The position numbers and the translations under genes were made by a program. Of a stretch of DNA of 61,583 nucleotides, positions 21,598 through 31,713 are shown piece after piece. This DNA comes from Candidatus Brocadiia bacterium. Lineage in GTDB: Bacteria > Planctomycetota > Brocadiia > SM23-32. The DNA lies in contig JBKHIT010000026.1 of NCBI GenBank assembly GCA_046538485.1, positions 1 through 61,583 on the forward strand. The letters run 5' to 3'. The stretch's first letter is position 1. The number at the start of each line of letters is the position of its first letter. The notes under the pieces were generated by a model. The model saw only the letters and a list, made by a program, of their open reading frames with translations. It did no database searches and was not told where the DNA came from.

Positions 21598-24500
21598 ATG
21601 TATCGCAATTTTCTGAACCGCGTCCTATTTTGTGTCATTCTGGCGCTGGGCCTTTGCCTGTCCGCCCAGGCGGCATCTCTCCAACAAGCTATGCGTGAAG
21701 CACAAAAGACGCTCGGCAAGCACGATATGCCGGTCAGTAAAATTGAAAAAGTGCGTTCAGAATTAACTGTTGCCCTCAGAGAGAATCAGGATGATGCCCA
21801 GTATGGGGCAGCCAAACTGGTCCTTGCACGGATCAATAATATGACGGGGCGTTTCCACCGCGCCACGAAATTGCTCGACCTCCTCAAGGAAGAAGAGTCA
21901 GCCGGCGTTCCCCTGGTCGATATACACGTTGCCTTGGTCCGCGCTCTCAGCGGAAAAGGGGACTACGTTCGGGCGGTTGAAGTCGTTAATCTCCTGCTTG
22001 ATAACACTGATTTTAAGGATGATCCACGGCGTCCGGAATTGATCTACCAAGCGGGATGGAATTACGAAACTGTGCTGCGCCGTCATGCAAAAGCTGTCGA
22101 ATTCTATCTTCGACTCGCACGTGAACACCCCGATTACGAGCAAACCCCCGATGCTTTCTTCCGAGCTGCCTATGTCCTGGAACACAAGCTAAAAGACCTG
22201 AAAAACGCCGTTAAAACGTATGCCAAAGCCATGAAGAAATATCCGAGATATCATGGTGATGCTGCTCTGAACCCCGGGGCTTATTCAGGCTGGACCGCCG
22301 GTTGGAGGGCGCTGAATCTGGCCGGAGTGTTGCAAAATAATCCCGGGACCAAGAAAGGGCTCGCGGATTATGAGTTGCAGGAATCAATCTGCAAGGATCT
22401 TCTGGCGACTTTCCCCAATAAACGGATGAAGATTTGTGCTTTTATGCTTGATTCAGCTTTACTGCGCTACCGAGTGGGCCGATTCCCGAACGCAACATCC
22501 GGCAAGCAGCCAGACTATGAGGCGGCACAGAAGTGGGCGGGGAAGATGCTCAAAATCGATTCAAATAACCCCAAAGCTATCCAGTTCATGGCCGCCCACG
22601 GGCCGGAAGATCAGCGGCAAAAATATGCCATTAAGTATCTGCAATCTGCCGAAATTGGTTTTGATCAGATGAAAGATTATTCCAAAAAACTTTCGTCGTT
22701 GTCAGAGGTTGATAAAGTTCTGGAGAAACGCCCCCAAAACACGGCAGTTTTGAGTAGAGGGGTTCACCTCGCTCTGGAAAAAGACAATGTTGCTAAAGCA
22801 AAGCATTATGTTCGAGGAATGAACGATATAAAATATCGTAGTCTGGCCGAACAAAAGGCGATTGGAAACGCGACCATAGACGTAGCCGTTGCTGAGAAAA
22901 ATGCAGAGGGAATGCTGAAACTTGCCCGGGACCCCACTTTCCCAAGAGCTACCCGAGCCCATGCCTGGAGGGTAGCTATCATTGCATTGGCAGGGCAGGG
23001 CAAGGTCGGTCCGATGATTGAGCGCGTTAATTCCTATACCGCCGAATTTGGGGGACTTCACGATCAGGGGCTGGCCCGGCGGGATTTCGAACAGGAACTT
23101 CAGTTTGTTCAAACACTTCGAAAAGCGTGTGGGAACGATCGCGATAAAGCGTTCGAAAGTCTCCGTCAGCTTGCGGAAGCAAATGTGTGGGGACAAGCCT
23201 GGGTGCTCCACGAGCTTGTTCGGCAGGAAACCGGCGCCCTGGCGTATGTACTTGATCGGAAGGACGACGCGGCCAAATTCCTTGATCGTTTCAATGCGAA
23301 CGATGATCTGGCGGCACAATGCTGGATTCGATACTTCAAGTTGGCCAAGGAAGACAATGATGCTGTAGCCCTTATGCGTCTTGGTCAGGCTGTAGACAAC
23401 CGTAAAAATTCTGCCCTGTGGGGTAAAATCCTCGCTGAGCATTTCCCGAAACACCTCAAACCGAAGATTGGGAAGTTGTTGTCACAAAGTGGTATGCCAG
23501 GTGATCAAAAGGCGTATCTGAATCTGCTGGGGGGAAAGATACAGGATAAAGATCTGCTTGATCTGATCAAAGCCGCCGATGCGTTCCTGCAAAAGTATCC
23601 TGACAGCGACTATTACGTGGATGTTGTGCTCTTCCGTGCGCGACATGCCCGCATTATTTCGGATGATGAAGGCATGGAGAAATTGGCTGATTGGCTCACT
23701 GCCGTTGCGCAAAAATACGGCAAGGCCGAAAGCCGCCGGAAGCTGCTGCGACAGGCCGGTGAATATTACGGTGAAGCGGGAGTCAATCGGGGCAGCACAA
23801 TGGTCCTGAGATGGGCCGGTATCGGACCATTCGATATTCAAGATGACGGTGGACTCGACGAAAATTACCCGATTGAAAAGAAATTGGATATAACAAAAGC
23901 GTATGACGATAAGGGTAAGATTGTCGGTGATGCCAACGGGGACAAAGGCAATAAGTGGAAGCTGGTAAAAGTGAAGCAGAACGGATATGCAGATCTCGCG
24001 GAAAACATTTCGGCGCATCAGCCCGGCGCGGCCTTTCTCGTTACGTTTATTTCCTCGCCCGAAGTACAAAAGGCTACTTTATCCCTTGGGACGCATCGGC
24101 CTCTGAGACTGACAGTGAACGGGCAATCCGTTTTCAATATCAGCAAACCAGAAAGCGGGTATGTGCCGGATAAATATTTTGCTGAGGTGCAACTGAATAA
24201 AGGCGAAAACAAAGTTGTGGTCAAAACCATTCGGAAGAAAGGCGAATGGGGATTCGGCCTGCGGGTCAGCCGGCTTAAAAAGAGAGCGACCTGTGCGCCA
24301 CGGCCCAACGAACGGCGTTTGTGGCAGGAATTACCGCCAGCGTCCGGTGGGGAACAAAAAATGTGGAAGACTTTCCACAAACTTGCCGACCAGGCCGAAG
24401 GCGAAGAAAAAGCGGAATTAATGCTCCGTCCTTACGAACTTCTATGGAAAAACGGACGAAGGACGGAGGCCCGGGGCGGTTATCGCAAGCTTTTGGATGA

Positions 24501-27500
24501 TTTCCCGGAGCAGGCGCGACTCAAACTGGCTCAGAGTTACGATGGCTGGTGGAGCCGAAGACGCCGAGCGCAATATCCTGGCGTGAGTCGGGACAAATGG
24601 TTGCGGCATTTCAGCATCTACATGCGGGAATACGGTTCGAAAAAGCGGGACCGGGTGGTCAAGTTCCTCAACAGGACAACAACGCATTGTGCGGAGAATG
24701 CTTTCGCAAGTGCCGAAAAATACCTTGAGAATCACCCCGGTGACTGGGAACTGAGGAGCCTTATGTGGAAAACGGCCGATCGGTTTGATGGCGTTCGCGT
24801 GCGGGGGCTGCAACACGCGGTGGCGACCGCTGAAAAATACCCGGAATTGTTATGGGTGCAGCGCCAGGCACGTCGCCAATTCGGAAAAAATGCGCCACGT
24901 CTCTATGAGCTGCGTTATGAGCGAACAAAAGATAACGAACATCTGCTGGCCTGGGTAGATAGCCAGTACTATGCCGCGAAACATGGCGGAAAGAAAAGAG
25001 TTGAGTCGCTCAAGCGGAGGCAGAAAGATTTGCTACAAGAGGCGAGGGAATCTGCTCAGAAAGCCCGGAGAGAAAAGGAACTTGCCCGGCGGAATCCGCT
25101 CGAAACTCAGAATTTTGAGAAAAAAGCGGAGAAAGCTGAAAAAGAAGGCAAGGACTTCCTCGCGAAAGAATTCCGAAGCGAGGCTAAAAAATTGCGTGCC
25201 GAAGTGGAAGCCCATAAGGAGGCTGCCGAGCAGGCGGAGGCCGAAGCGAAACGTCTTCGAGAAAAAGCAAAACAGTTGAACAAGCAGACGGAAGGTGGCT
25301 CATTTGCTGCTGGAGATGCGGCGAAACGCTGGATTGAAACCTTTTCAAAGGCTCTTATGGGAGAGATGAAAGGCGTCCAGCCGCGCGCAAGTTACCTCGC
25401 GAGGATGGCCGAGATCGATTCCGAGGCCGCTGCCGACGTGCTGGCGAAAGTTCAGGACATCTCCGATTGGGATAGCGATGTCAATGATTGGCGGAGTCTT
25501 GGAATTACATTCCAGAAAGCGGAAATGTGGAAAGCGGCGGCCAGGGCCTTCGAAAACGCCGTTGCGACTCCCGGTGGCCGACAGAGCGATTATATCGATT
25601 CTTGTTTTCGATGGGCCGAGAGCGAGAGAAAAGCTGAACAATCTGTGGCTTCTGTTCAGCCGGACGGTGGAGGGGTGTCGAGAAAAGAAAATAGCAGAGA
25701 TGCCACGGGCGCTACACGACCGCTTTATATCATTATCCGCCGATTCGGGGATGTAGAGTCGCAAGCTGTTAAAGCGGAGAGCACCTTGTGCAGGATGCTG
25801 AGATCTTCCGATTCAGCCAGAGCTCGCCAGCAATATGTTGCTGAGGTACACCGTTTTCTCCGCCGATATCCTGGCAATTCAGCAGGACATAGCGAACTGC
25901 AGAAATTGCAGAGCGTAGATAGCAGCGGTACCGATACGGGAGGCAAAAGTGCAGGTGGGAGTAGTGGAGCACTTGTGACTCTCACCGAACAGATATCGAA
26001 AACACAGGATAAAAGTGCCAGAAAGAAGCTCAGTTATGCGCGGGCAAAAGAGCTTTTTGAAAAAGGTCAGTATTACGAGGCATTCCGAGGGCTGACTTCG
26101 TTTCCGGCCGAAGATACAGCGGCTGCCATCCTCCGGGCGCGATGTAACTGGAGAGTTCTCGATTACGAGAAAGCGTTCGCGCATCTGAATGTAGCGCGGG
26201 ACAATTCAGATTATGGAAAGGATACCAGACGTACGCCCCCGATGGTTCTGCTGCTGAGCATGGCCCAGTATCTGACGAGTCAGGAGAAATATCCCGAGGC
26301 ATTTGAACTGCTGGATGAGGCGCGCAAATTGCAGGGGGATGCTCTTACGAAAGCACAAAGCACTCGGTTACAGGTCGCGCGAACCGATGTGTTAATTGCT
26401 CAGGGTGATATCAACAGCGCTTTGCCTCTGATCAAAGATATTCAAGCCGACAATGTCAACCAAACCCCGTACTGGATTGGCGAAGTACAGCTGGGGAAGA
26501 TAGATTACGTCAGAGAACGCTATAACGAAGCTCTGAAGCGGTTTAAAGAGGTCGCTAAGTTGCTCGATCCTCAGGCTTCACCGAGAGCGTTATTCTGGAT
26601 TGGTAAAACTCAGCTTGCGCTTGAGAATACCGATAAAGCGATCAGCGCGTTCCGAGAACTGTGGGAAAATTACGGCGAAGACGATCTGATTATCCAGGCA
26701 ATTTACCTGATTGGGCGCACTTACCGTCAGGGAGGACGCTTTGTCGATGCTATACGCCTTTTTGAATCTGTCGGTGTTATGCGGGCTTCCGCGCGCGATA
26801 AGGTCGTCCCGGGAGAGGATGTGGTAATAAAAGTCGAAGATCCAGATTATGCGGTCGGCACAGGTAAGACTTTCATGATGGTCAATGTGACGACAACAAG
26901 TGGAGATTCCGAGCAAGTCCGCGTGGAGATGAATCCCATAAGCCAGGCCCTTTTCGTCGGATCCATTAAGACAAAACTCGGCAAACCAGCTCCGGATAGC
27001 GGTTTGCTCGAACTGCGAGGAGACGATGTTGTCAAGGTCCGATACATGGATCGATACGGCGAAATGACAATCAAATACGGAGGCGCGGAAGTAAAAATGG
27101 ATCGGACAGCTACGCGTCATGCGAAAGCGGGTTTGAATTTGAGCCGTGATCCGGGGACCAGCTTGCTATCAGAGGGAAGAGTTAAGAATCTGGAGCTTCT
27201 TACCGATGGTAACCGTGCGAAAGCGGCTACGGGTTATCTGGATGGGAAAAAGCATAAGAGTTTCGCAGTCGGCACTCGTTTCTTACGCGCCCGGCTGGTT
27301 GAAAATGTCAGAGTTTTCTTCACCGATCAGCGCCCATCAGCTTTCGAAATACAGGTTCTGGAGCCGAAGACGCGGGAGACGGGTGAAGAACAGTGGATTA
27401 CGCGGGAAGAGGTGACGAACCTAAAAGAAGCTGGATGGCAGGATTTCCCCATCCCTCCTTCCGAAACCACGGCTGTGCGGGTAAAGGTGACGGGTAATGG

Positions 27501-30500
27501 AAAACGCGGATGGTATAAGGTGAACGAGTTACAGGTTCTGGAAGGTTCAGCCAAACTTGCCTGGAGTAGTGCCGATATTGAGGTAGGGAAAGCCGAAATG
27601 AAAGAGTTTGACTTGTTGGTCGTTGACACCGGGGAAATCGAGATCAGTTCAACCGGCTTCAAAGAGGAAGAAGAGGAGGAAGAAGAAGGCTGGGAGCCTC
27701 TCGCTCAGGAAGAGGAGGAAGAAGAAGAAAAACACGCGCTGGACATCGATGTTGCCCGCCGCAGACCCGGTATTATTACGCCCGGTAATCCGGTGTATGT
27801 GCGGCTATCTGACAAAGATCTTGATGTCAAAGATACGCGGGATCACGTAGTGGTAAAAGCCTTTGCCGGTGGCGAAGCGACCGGAGGAGAAGCGGTTCGG
27901 ATGGATTCGTGCAAAGTCGTTCTTAACGAAGTAGAACCCTTCTCCGGGAAATTTCAGGGGCTGTTTCGGACGGCACCTTCGTGGCCGACGGCGTCGGCGT
28001 CGGATACTGCTGAAGGTTTTTCACCTGACGGTGCGATAGACGGGGATAATTCTCCGAAATCAGCGTGGCAGGGAAAACCAGATGGCATGCCGGGGAAATG
28101 GATAGAGGTCGATCTTAAGGACCTTTACGATATAAAAGAAATACATTGGAGTCGCGGAAAAGGAGCTCAGAACAACGTGATAAACGATGGTGCGGTTACG
28201 ATCCGTGGGGGACAGGAGTTCCGGGAGATTCCGATCGAGGGGAACCAGCAGGCCAATGACAACGTTGTGAAACTCACTTCGCCCGTCCGTGGCCGCTATG
28301 TCCGAATTACGGCCAATGTTTACGATGGTGATGCGCCGGCGATTTCTCATATTAAAATCGTCGATGCAGGCGGAAATACGCTTGTCCCGGCAAAAGTGAC
28401 ACCTGAAGAAATGCGCGAAAATCAGGTGTTGGAGCTTAACGTTGGGGATAGCGTCAAAGTGGAGTATGTGGATGAAGAAAATATGGAACCGGGCGATCCT
28501 ATGACCCGGAAAAGCAACGAGTTAACCGTTGAATATGACACCGCAGAAGTTAAGGTGGCCTTTGCAAAATTGGACGAATATGGGCACATCGAAGAGGCAC
28601 GCGAAACGAAAAGAATCGATACAGGCGATCAGTTTCAGGTTTTGATCCAGGATGTCGATGAGGATAAAAGCGACGAAATTCAGTCGGTCAAGGTGCAAAT
28701 CGGATGTGAAAGCGGGGACTCGATGGAACGGATTGCGAAGGAAACGGAGGGGGATTCCGGGACCTTTATGGTTAATGTTGACACGGATGACGATCCTGCC
28801 GCAAAAGATAAACCGCGCGTTCTCTATGTGCGTGACGGTGATGCTGTTTGGGCCAGTTATGTGGATAAAACGAATATGGATCCCGGCCATACCGTAACAC
28901 GGACAGCTCTCGTGTTTGAGTCACAACCTACAAGCGGAGGATTCAAGCCGCGGGAAAGTTATGTCTTAAGGTCCCCGGATTTCGTCCAGGAAGCCCTGGA
29001 GAAAGAAGTTGCGAGCCGAGAAGCTCAGAAGGGACCGACGCTTGGTTTTGAATTGAAAGACCCCGATTCAGCTGTCTCTCCTTATCAGCGGGTACCTTTC
29101 TATGTCGCGTCTCGTAATTCCCAGGCACGGCGAATCCTCAGCGCGGCTGTGCAGGATATAGATGGTACTCTTGCGGCCAGTGTTGAGATGACCAAAGACA
29201 AAGCTGCAACGCCGCCATGGCCGCACACAAGCGTCGCGCTTGGCCAGCGGCTTTTCAGCGATGAGGACTTAAAAGAATGGATTCAGAAAGTGCGGAGAGC
29301 CGAAGGTGAAGACAAAGAAGAGCTTCTGGCGGGGATCCCCATGCCGGTACTCGGCGATGACGTTGTGTTCAGTCAGTATGTCGATAGAATTGGCGCTACC
29401 TCCGCGCACGTAACCACAGAAACATTCAGGCATCAGGAACTGGCCGAATTTGTTGAAGAGAAAGAGATAGAAATCCCCGAATCCGGGAGCGAGAAGTTTC
29501 TGGAAATGGCTCCTGTCGTCCATCTTGTCGACCCTGAGACGGCTATACTTCGTCAGAAACAAGAGCGTGAAGAAGTTTACAACCGTCTGATGGGCCAGAG
29601 ACGTGTTCTTTACCAGGACATGCTCAGTTTTCTGCAGGATCGTCGTGCCGATCTTTCTCGTCGCCTCGAACTTGCCAGGGAAGAGCGGCGTGCTAAAGGC
29701 AAGACCGAAGGCGAAGACGCTGGTGCGGAGCAACCGGGTATAGAGGAAACGGCACCAGAAACGGTGGGGGCTAGTGTGATGGCGACCTCAGGAGAACTCT
29801 CCGACACCACAGTTCTGACGGATGTAGAACTTCTGCAGCAGCGTCTGGCAGATATTACCCTCGATGCGAAAGCGGTGGAGAAAAAAGTAGCCTATTATCG
29901 ACAGTTTGAAATTCCAGACGGTGAAATCCAACCGTCTCAAGAATCAGGTTCAGGTGCTGGAGAGGGACTGGAAGAAGAGGAAGGACCAGTTTATCTGCAG
30001 AAAATTATCCCCGGTTATCCAATCCGTGTTTGGGTTGCAGATCCAGCTCTGCAACAACAGGGAAATTGCACTGTTGTGGCCCGCTCTTTCTTCCACGGGT
30101 TGCGGGGAAGGAAAGAATACATAGCGAGGTCGCGTCAGGTTGAAAATCGCCAGAGCGGTGAAACGATGGAAGTGCTGGAAGTCATAATACCGACCGCCCT
30201 GAAAGCGAGCGGAGAAGAACTGCCGGTGTCGTGGGGCGGGACCGTCCATTTAAGTTATGAAGACCCCACACAAGAACGCCCGAAGAATCAACTCCGGCAA
30301 TCGTACGTTACATTTGCGTCGAACGGAGAACTCAATATCACGCAAAAGAATTTCGTCGATCTTCCGGAAACCCTCCGCGTCGGAGAAACGGTCCATCTCG
30401 TTGTGCGAGATCTTGATCGGGATACGACGTTCGAGAAAGATAGCGTTCTTATTGAGGCAAAAAGCAGTGAGGGCGATTCGGTTATGACGACTCTTGAAGA

Positions 30501-31644
30501 AACGGCCAGGCGTTCAGGCGAGTTCCGGGGTCAGATTGAGACGGAGCCAGGTGATGCGAATCCGAACGATGCGGTTCTGCAATGTTCTTATGGAGGGAGC
30601 CTGAGCGTTGATTACAAGGATTATATCAACCTCGGCCGGGAATCCGCTCCGGAGAAACCCGAGAGGCGAAAAGCCAGCCTTGCGGAGGAAGCCGAAGAAG
30701 AGCAGAAAACCTGCGTGACGGTTTCGGTGGAGAAAACCGACCGTGGCCTGCGAAAAGTCCGGGCCAGGGCTTCGCTGCTGCCGGGGTCGGACGGAGAAGT
30801 GAAACTGTTTGCCCGAAATCTCAAACGCGGTCGGCTCGAGAAAGAGACACTGTTCAACTCGGGTTATGCCCACTACATGCTCGGGAAGAATTTTGCGAAA
30901 CTCGGTTCCATGAATAGAGCCAACGAGGTCTTTTCACGCGCCCAGGACCACTTCGAGGAACTTATCCGACGGTATCCCTCTCATGATGAGGTGGCGCACG
31001 CAACGTTCTACCTTGGAAATATCGAGTTTATCCAGGAAAACTACCGTGAAGCTATTGATTACTACCGGGCTGTGATTGAAAACTGGCCCAGTAGCGATTT
31101 CATTCCCCAAACCCGCCTCCGGTTGGGCATGGCCTTCGAGAAATTGGAAAAAACCGAAGAAGCAATTGAACAATACGCCTATCTCGCTTTCCACCATAAG
31201 GATAGCCCATACCTTCAGGATGCTATGGTGAATATGGTGCTTTATTTCGATAAGCTGGGAATGAAAGCGAAATCGGAAGGTGAAGAGGAAGAGCGTGATC
31301 GGGCCTTTTCGCGGCTGGTCGGGGTTACAAAACGGTTTGTGGAAAAGTTCCCGGGCGACCAACGAGCTCCCAAACTTGTTCTGCGAGCCGGTCTGCGGAT
31401 GATCGCTCTCGGGCGTTATGCCGGAGCTGCAGAGTTTTTCGAAGAGGCCGAAACCGCCTACGCAGAGAGCGAAAAATATATGCCCGCCTTTCTCTACTGG
31501 CACGCCGAATCTCTTGTAAAAGGGAGAGTTGGCGAGAACCCGACAGAACGGGCGCAGGTGCTGCTCCAGCGTGTCATTTACGACTTCGATAACGAAAAAT
31601 ACCGCCGGGCGGCTAAAGCCCGCCTTATCGATCTGGAAGATTGA
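21598..31644 (+). CDS. Giant secreted TPR protein with jelly-roll, discoidin (F5/8 type C-like) and Ig-like repeat domains
   Basis: About 3350 aa; ATG behind GGAG (alternative start 21553); signal peptide ending AQA; TPR arrays. WAGIGPFD...LTVNG...LNKGENKVVVK...WGFGLR jelly roll at ~23800-24270. Discoidin-like AIDGD...WIEVDL...RYVRIT at ~27990-28360 and a second at ~27180-27540. Confidence 0.88.
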   Translation: MYRNFLNRVLFCVILALGLCLSAQAASLQQAMREAQKTLGKHDMPVSKIEKVRSELTVALRENQDDAQYGAAKLVLARINNMTGRFHRATKLLDLLKEEESAGVPLVDIHVALVRALSGKGDYVRAVEVVNLLLDNTDFKDDPRRPELIYQAGWNYETVLRRHAKAVEFYLRLAREHPDYEQTPDAFFRAAYVLEHKLKDLKNAVKTYAKAMKKYPRYHGDAALNPGAYSGWTAGWRALNLAGVLQNNPGTKKGLADYELQESICKDLLATFPNKRMKICAFMLDSALLRYRVGRFPNATSGKQPDYEAAQKWAGKMLKIDSNNPKAIQFMAAHGPEDQRQKYAIKYLQSAEIGFDQMKDYSKKLSSLSEVDKVLEKRPQNTAVLSRGVHLALEKDNVAKAKHYVRGMNDIKYRSLAEQKAIGNATIDVAVAEKNAEGMLKLARDPTFPRATRAHAWRVAIIALAGQGKVGPMIERVNSYTAEFGGLHDQGLARRDFEQELQFVQTLRKACGNDRDKAFESLRQLAEANVWGQAWVLHELVRQETGALAYVLDRKDDAAKFLDRFNANDDLAAQCWIRYFKLAKEDNDAVALMRLGQAVDNRKNSALWGKILAEHFPKHLKPKIGKLLSQSGMPGDQKAYLNLLGGKIQDKDLLDLIKAADAFLQKYPDSDYYVDVVLFRARHARIISDDEGMEKLADWLTAVAQKYGKAESRRKLLRQAGEYYGEAGVNRGSTMVLRWAGIGPFDIQDDGGLDENYPIEKKLDITKAYDDKGKIVGDANGDKGNKWKLVKVKQNGYADLAENISAHQPGAAFLVTFISSPEVQKATLSLGTHRPLRLTVNGQSVFNISKPESGYVPDKYFAEVQLNKGENKVVVKTIRKKGEWGFGLRVSRLKKRATCAPRPNERRLWQELPPASGGEQKMWKTFHKLADQAEGEEKAELMLRPYELLWKNGRRTEARGGYRKLLDDFPEQARLKLAQSYDGWWSRRRRAQYPGVSRDKWLRHFSIYMREYGSKKRDRVVKFLNRTTTHCAENAFASAEKYLENHPGDWELRSLMWKTADRFDGVRVRGLQHAVATAEKYPELLWVQRQARRQFGKNAPRLYELRYERTKDNEHLLAWVDSQYYAAKHGGKKRVESLKRRQKDLLQEARESAQKARREKELARRNPLETQNFEKKAEKAEKEGKDFLAKEFRSEAKKLRAEVEAHKEAAEQAEAEAKRLREKAKQLNKQTEGGSFAAGDAAKRWIETFSKALMGEMKGVQPRASYLARMAEIDSEAAADVLAKVQDISDWDSDVNDWRSLGITFQKAEMWKAAARAFENAVATPGGRQSDYIDSCFRWAESERKAEQSVASVQPDGGGVSRKENSRDATGATRPLYIIIRRFGDVESQAVKAESTLCRMLRSSDSARARQQYVAEVHRFLRRYPGNSAGHSELQKLQSVDSSGTDTGGKSAGGSSGALVTLTEQISKTQDKSARKKLSYARAKELFEKGQYYEAFRGLTSFPAEDTAAAILRARCNWRVLDYEKAFAHLNVARDNSDYGKDTRRTPPMVLLLSMAQYLTSQEKYPEAFELLDEARKLQGDALTKAQSTRLQVARTDVLIAQGDINSALPLIKDIQADNVNQTPYWIGEVQLGKIDYVRERYNEALKRFKEVAKLLDPQASPRALFWIGKTQLALENTDKAISAFRELWENYGEDDLIIQAIYLIGRTYRQGGRFVDAIRLFESVGVMRASARDKVVPGEDVVIKVEDPDYAVGTGKTFMMVNVTTTSGDSEQVRVEMNPISQALFVGSIKTKLGKPAPDSGLLELRGDDVVKVRYMDRYGEMTIKYGGAEVKMDRTATRHAKAGLNLSRDPGTSLLSEGRVKNLELLTDGNRAKAATGYLDGKKHKSFAVGTRFLRARLVENVRVFFTDQRPSAFEIQVLEPKTRETGEEQWITREEVTNLKEAGWQDFPIPPSETTAVRVKVTGNGKRGWYKVNELQVLEGSAKLAWSSADIEVGKAEMKEFDLLVVDTGEIEISSTGFKEEEEEEEEGWEPLAQEEEEEEEKHALDIDVARRRPGIITPGNPVYVRLSDKDLDVKDTRDHVVVKAFAGGEATGGEAVRMDSCKVVLNEVEPFSGKFQGLFRTAPSWPTASASDTAEGFSPDGAIDGDNSPKSAWQGKPDGMPGKWIEVDLKDLYDIKEIHWSRGKGAQNNVINDGAVTIRGGQEFREIPIEGNQQANDNVVKLTSPVRGRYVRITANVYDGDAPAISHIKIVDAGGNTLVPAKVTPEEMRENQVLELNVGDSVKVEYVDEENMEPGDPMTRKSNELTVEYDTAEVKVAFAKLDEYGHIEEARETKRIDTGDQFQVLIQDVDEDKSDEIQSVKVQIGCESGDSMERIAKETEGDSGTFMVNVDTDDDPAAKDKPRVLYVRDGDAVWASYVDKTNMDPGHTVTRTALVFESQPTSGGFKPRESYVLRSPDFVQEALEKEVASREAQKGPTLGFELKDPDSAVSPYQRVPFYVASRNSQARRILSAAVQDIDGTLAASVEMTKDKAATPPWPHTSVALGQRLFSDEDLKEWIQKVRRAEGEDKEELLAGIPMPVLGDDVVFSQYVDRIGATSAHVTTETFRHQELAEFVEEKEIEIPESGSEKFLEMAPVVHLVDPETAILRQKQEREEVYNRLMGQRRVLYQDMLSFLQDRRADLSRRLELAREERRAKGKTEGEDAGAEQPGIEETAPETVGASVMATSGELSDTTVLTDVELLQQRLADITLDAKAVEKKVAYYRQFEIPDGEIQPSQESGSGAGEGLEEEEGPVYLQKIIPGYPIRVWVADPALQQQGNCTVVARSFFHGLRGRKEYIARSRQVENRQSGETMEVLEVIIPTALKASGEELPVSWGGTVHLSYEDPTQERPKNQLRQSYVTFASNGELNITQKNFVDLPETLRVGETVHLVVRDLDRDTTFEKDSVLIEAKSSEGDSVMTTLEETARRSGEFRGQIETEPGDANPNDAVLQCSYGGSLSVDYKDYINLGRESAPEKPERRKASLAEEAEEEQKTCVTVSVEKTDRGLRKVRARASLLPGSDGEVKLFARNLKRGRLEKETLFNSGYAHYMLGKNFAKLGSMNRANEVFSRAQDHFEELIRRYPSHDEVAHATFYLGNIEFIQENYREAIDYYRAVIENWPSSDFIPQTRLRLGMAFEKLEKTEEAIEQYAYLAFHHKDSPYLQDAMVNMVLYFDKLGMKAKSEGEEEERDRAFSRLVGVTKRFVEKFPGDQRAPKLVLRAGLRMIALGRYAGAAEFFEEAETAYAESEKYMPAFLYWHAESLVKGRVGENPTERAQVLLQRVIYDFDNEKYRRAAKARLIDLED

Positions 31645-31713
31645 TGCGTGGGCCAGTGATAAGAACGTAAATGCGGACAAACTTCATACCTTCTGAGCTG
31701 CGGACAAAAATAA

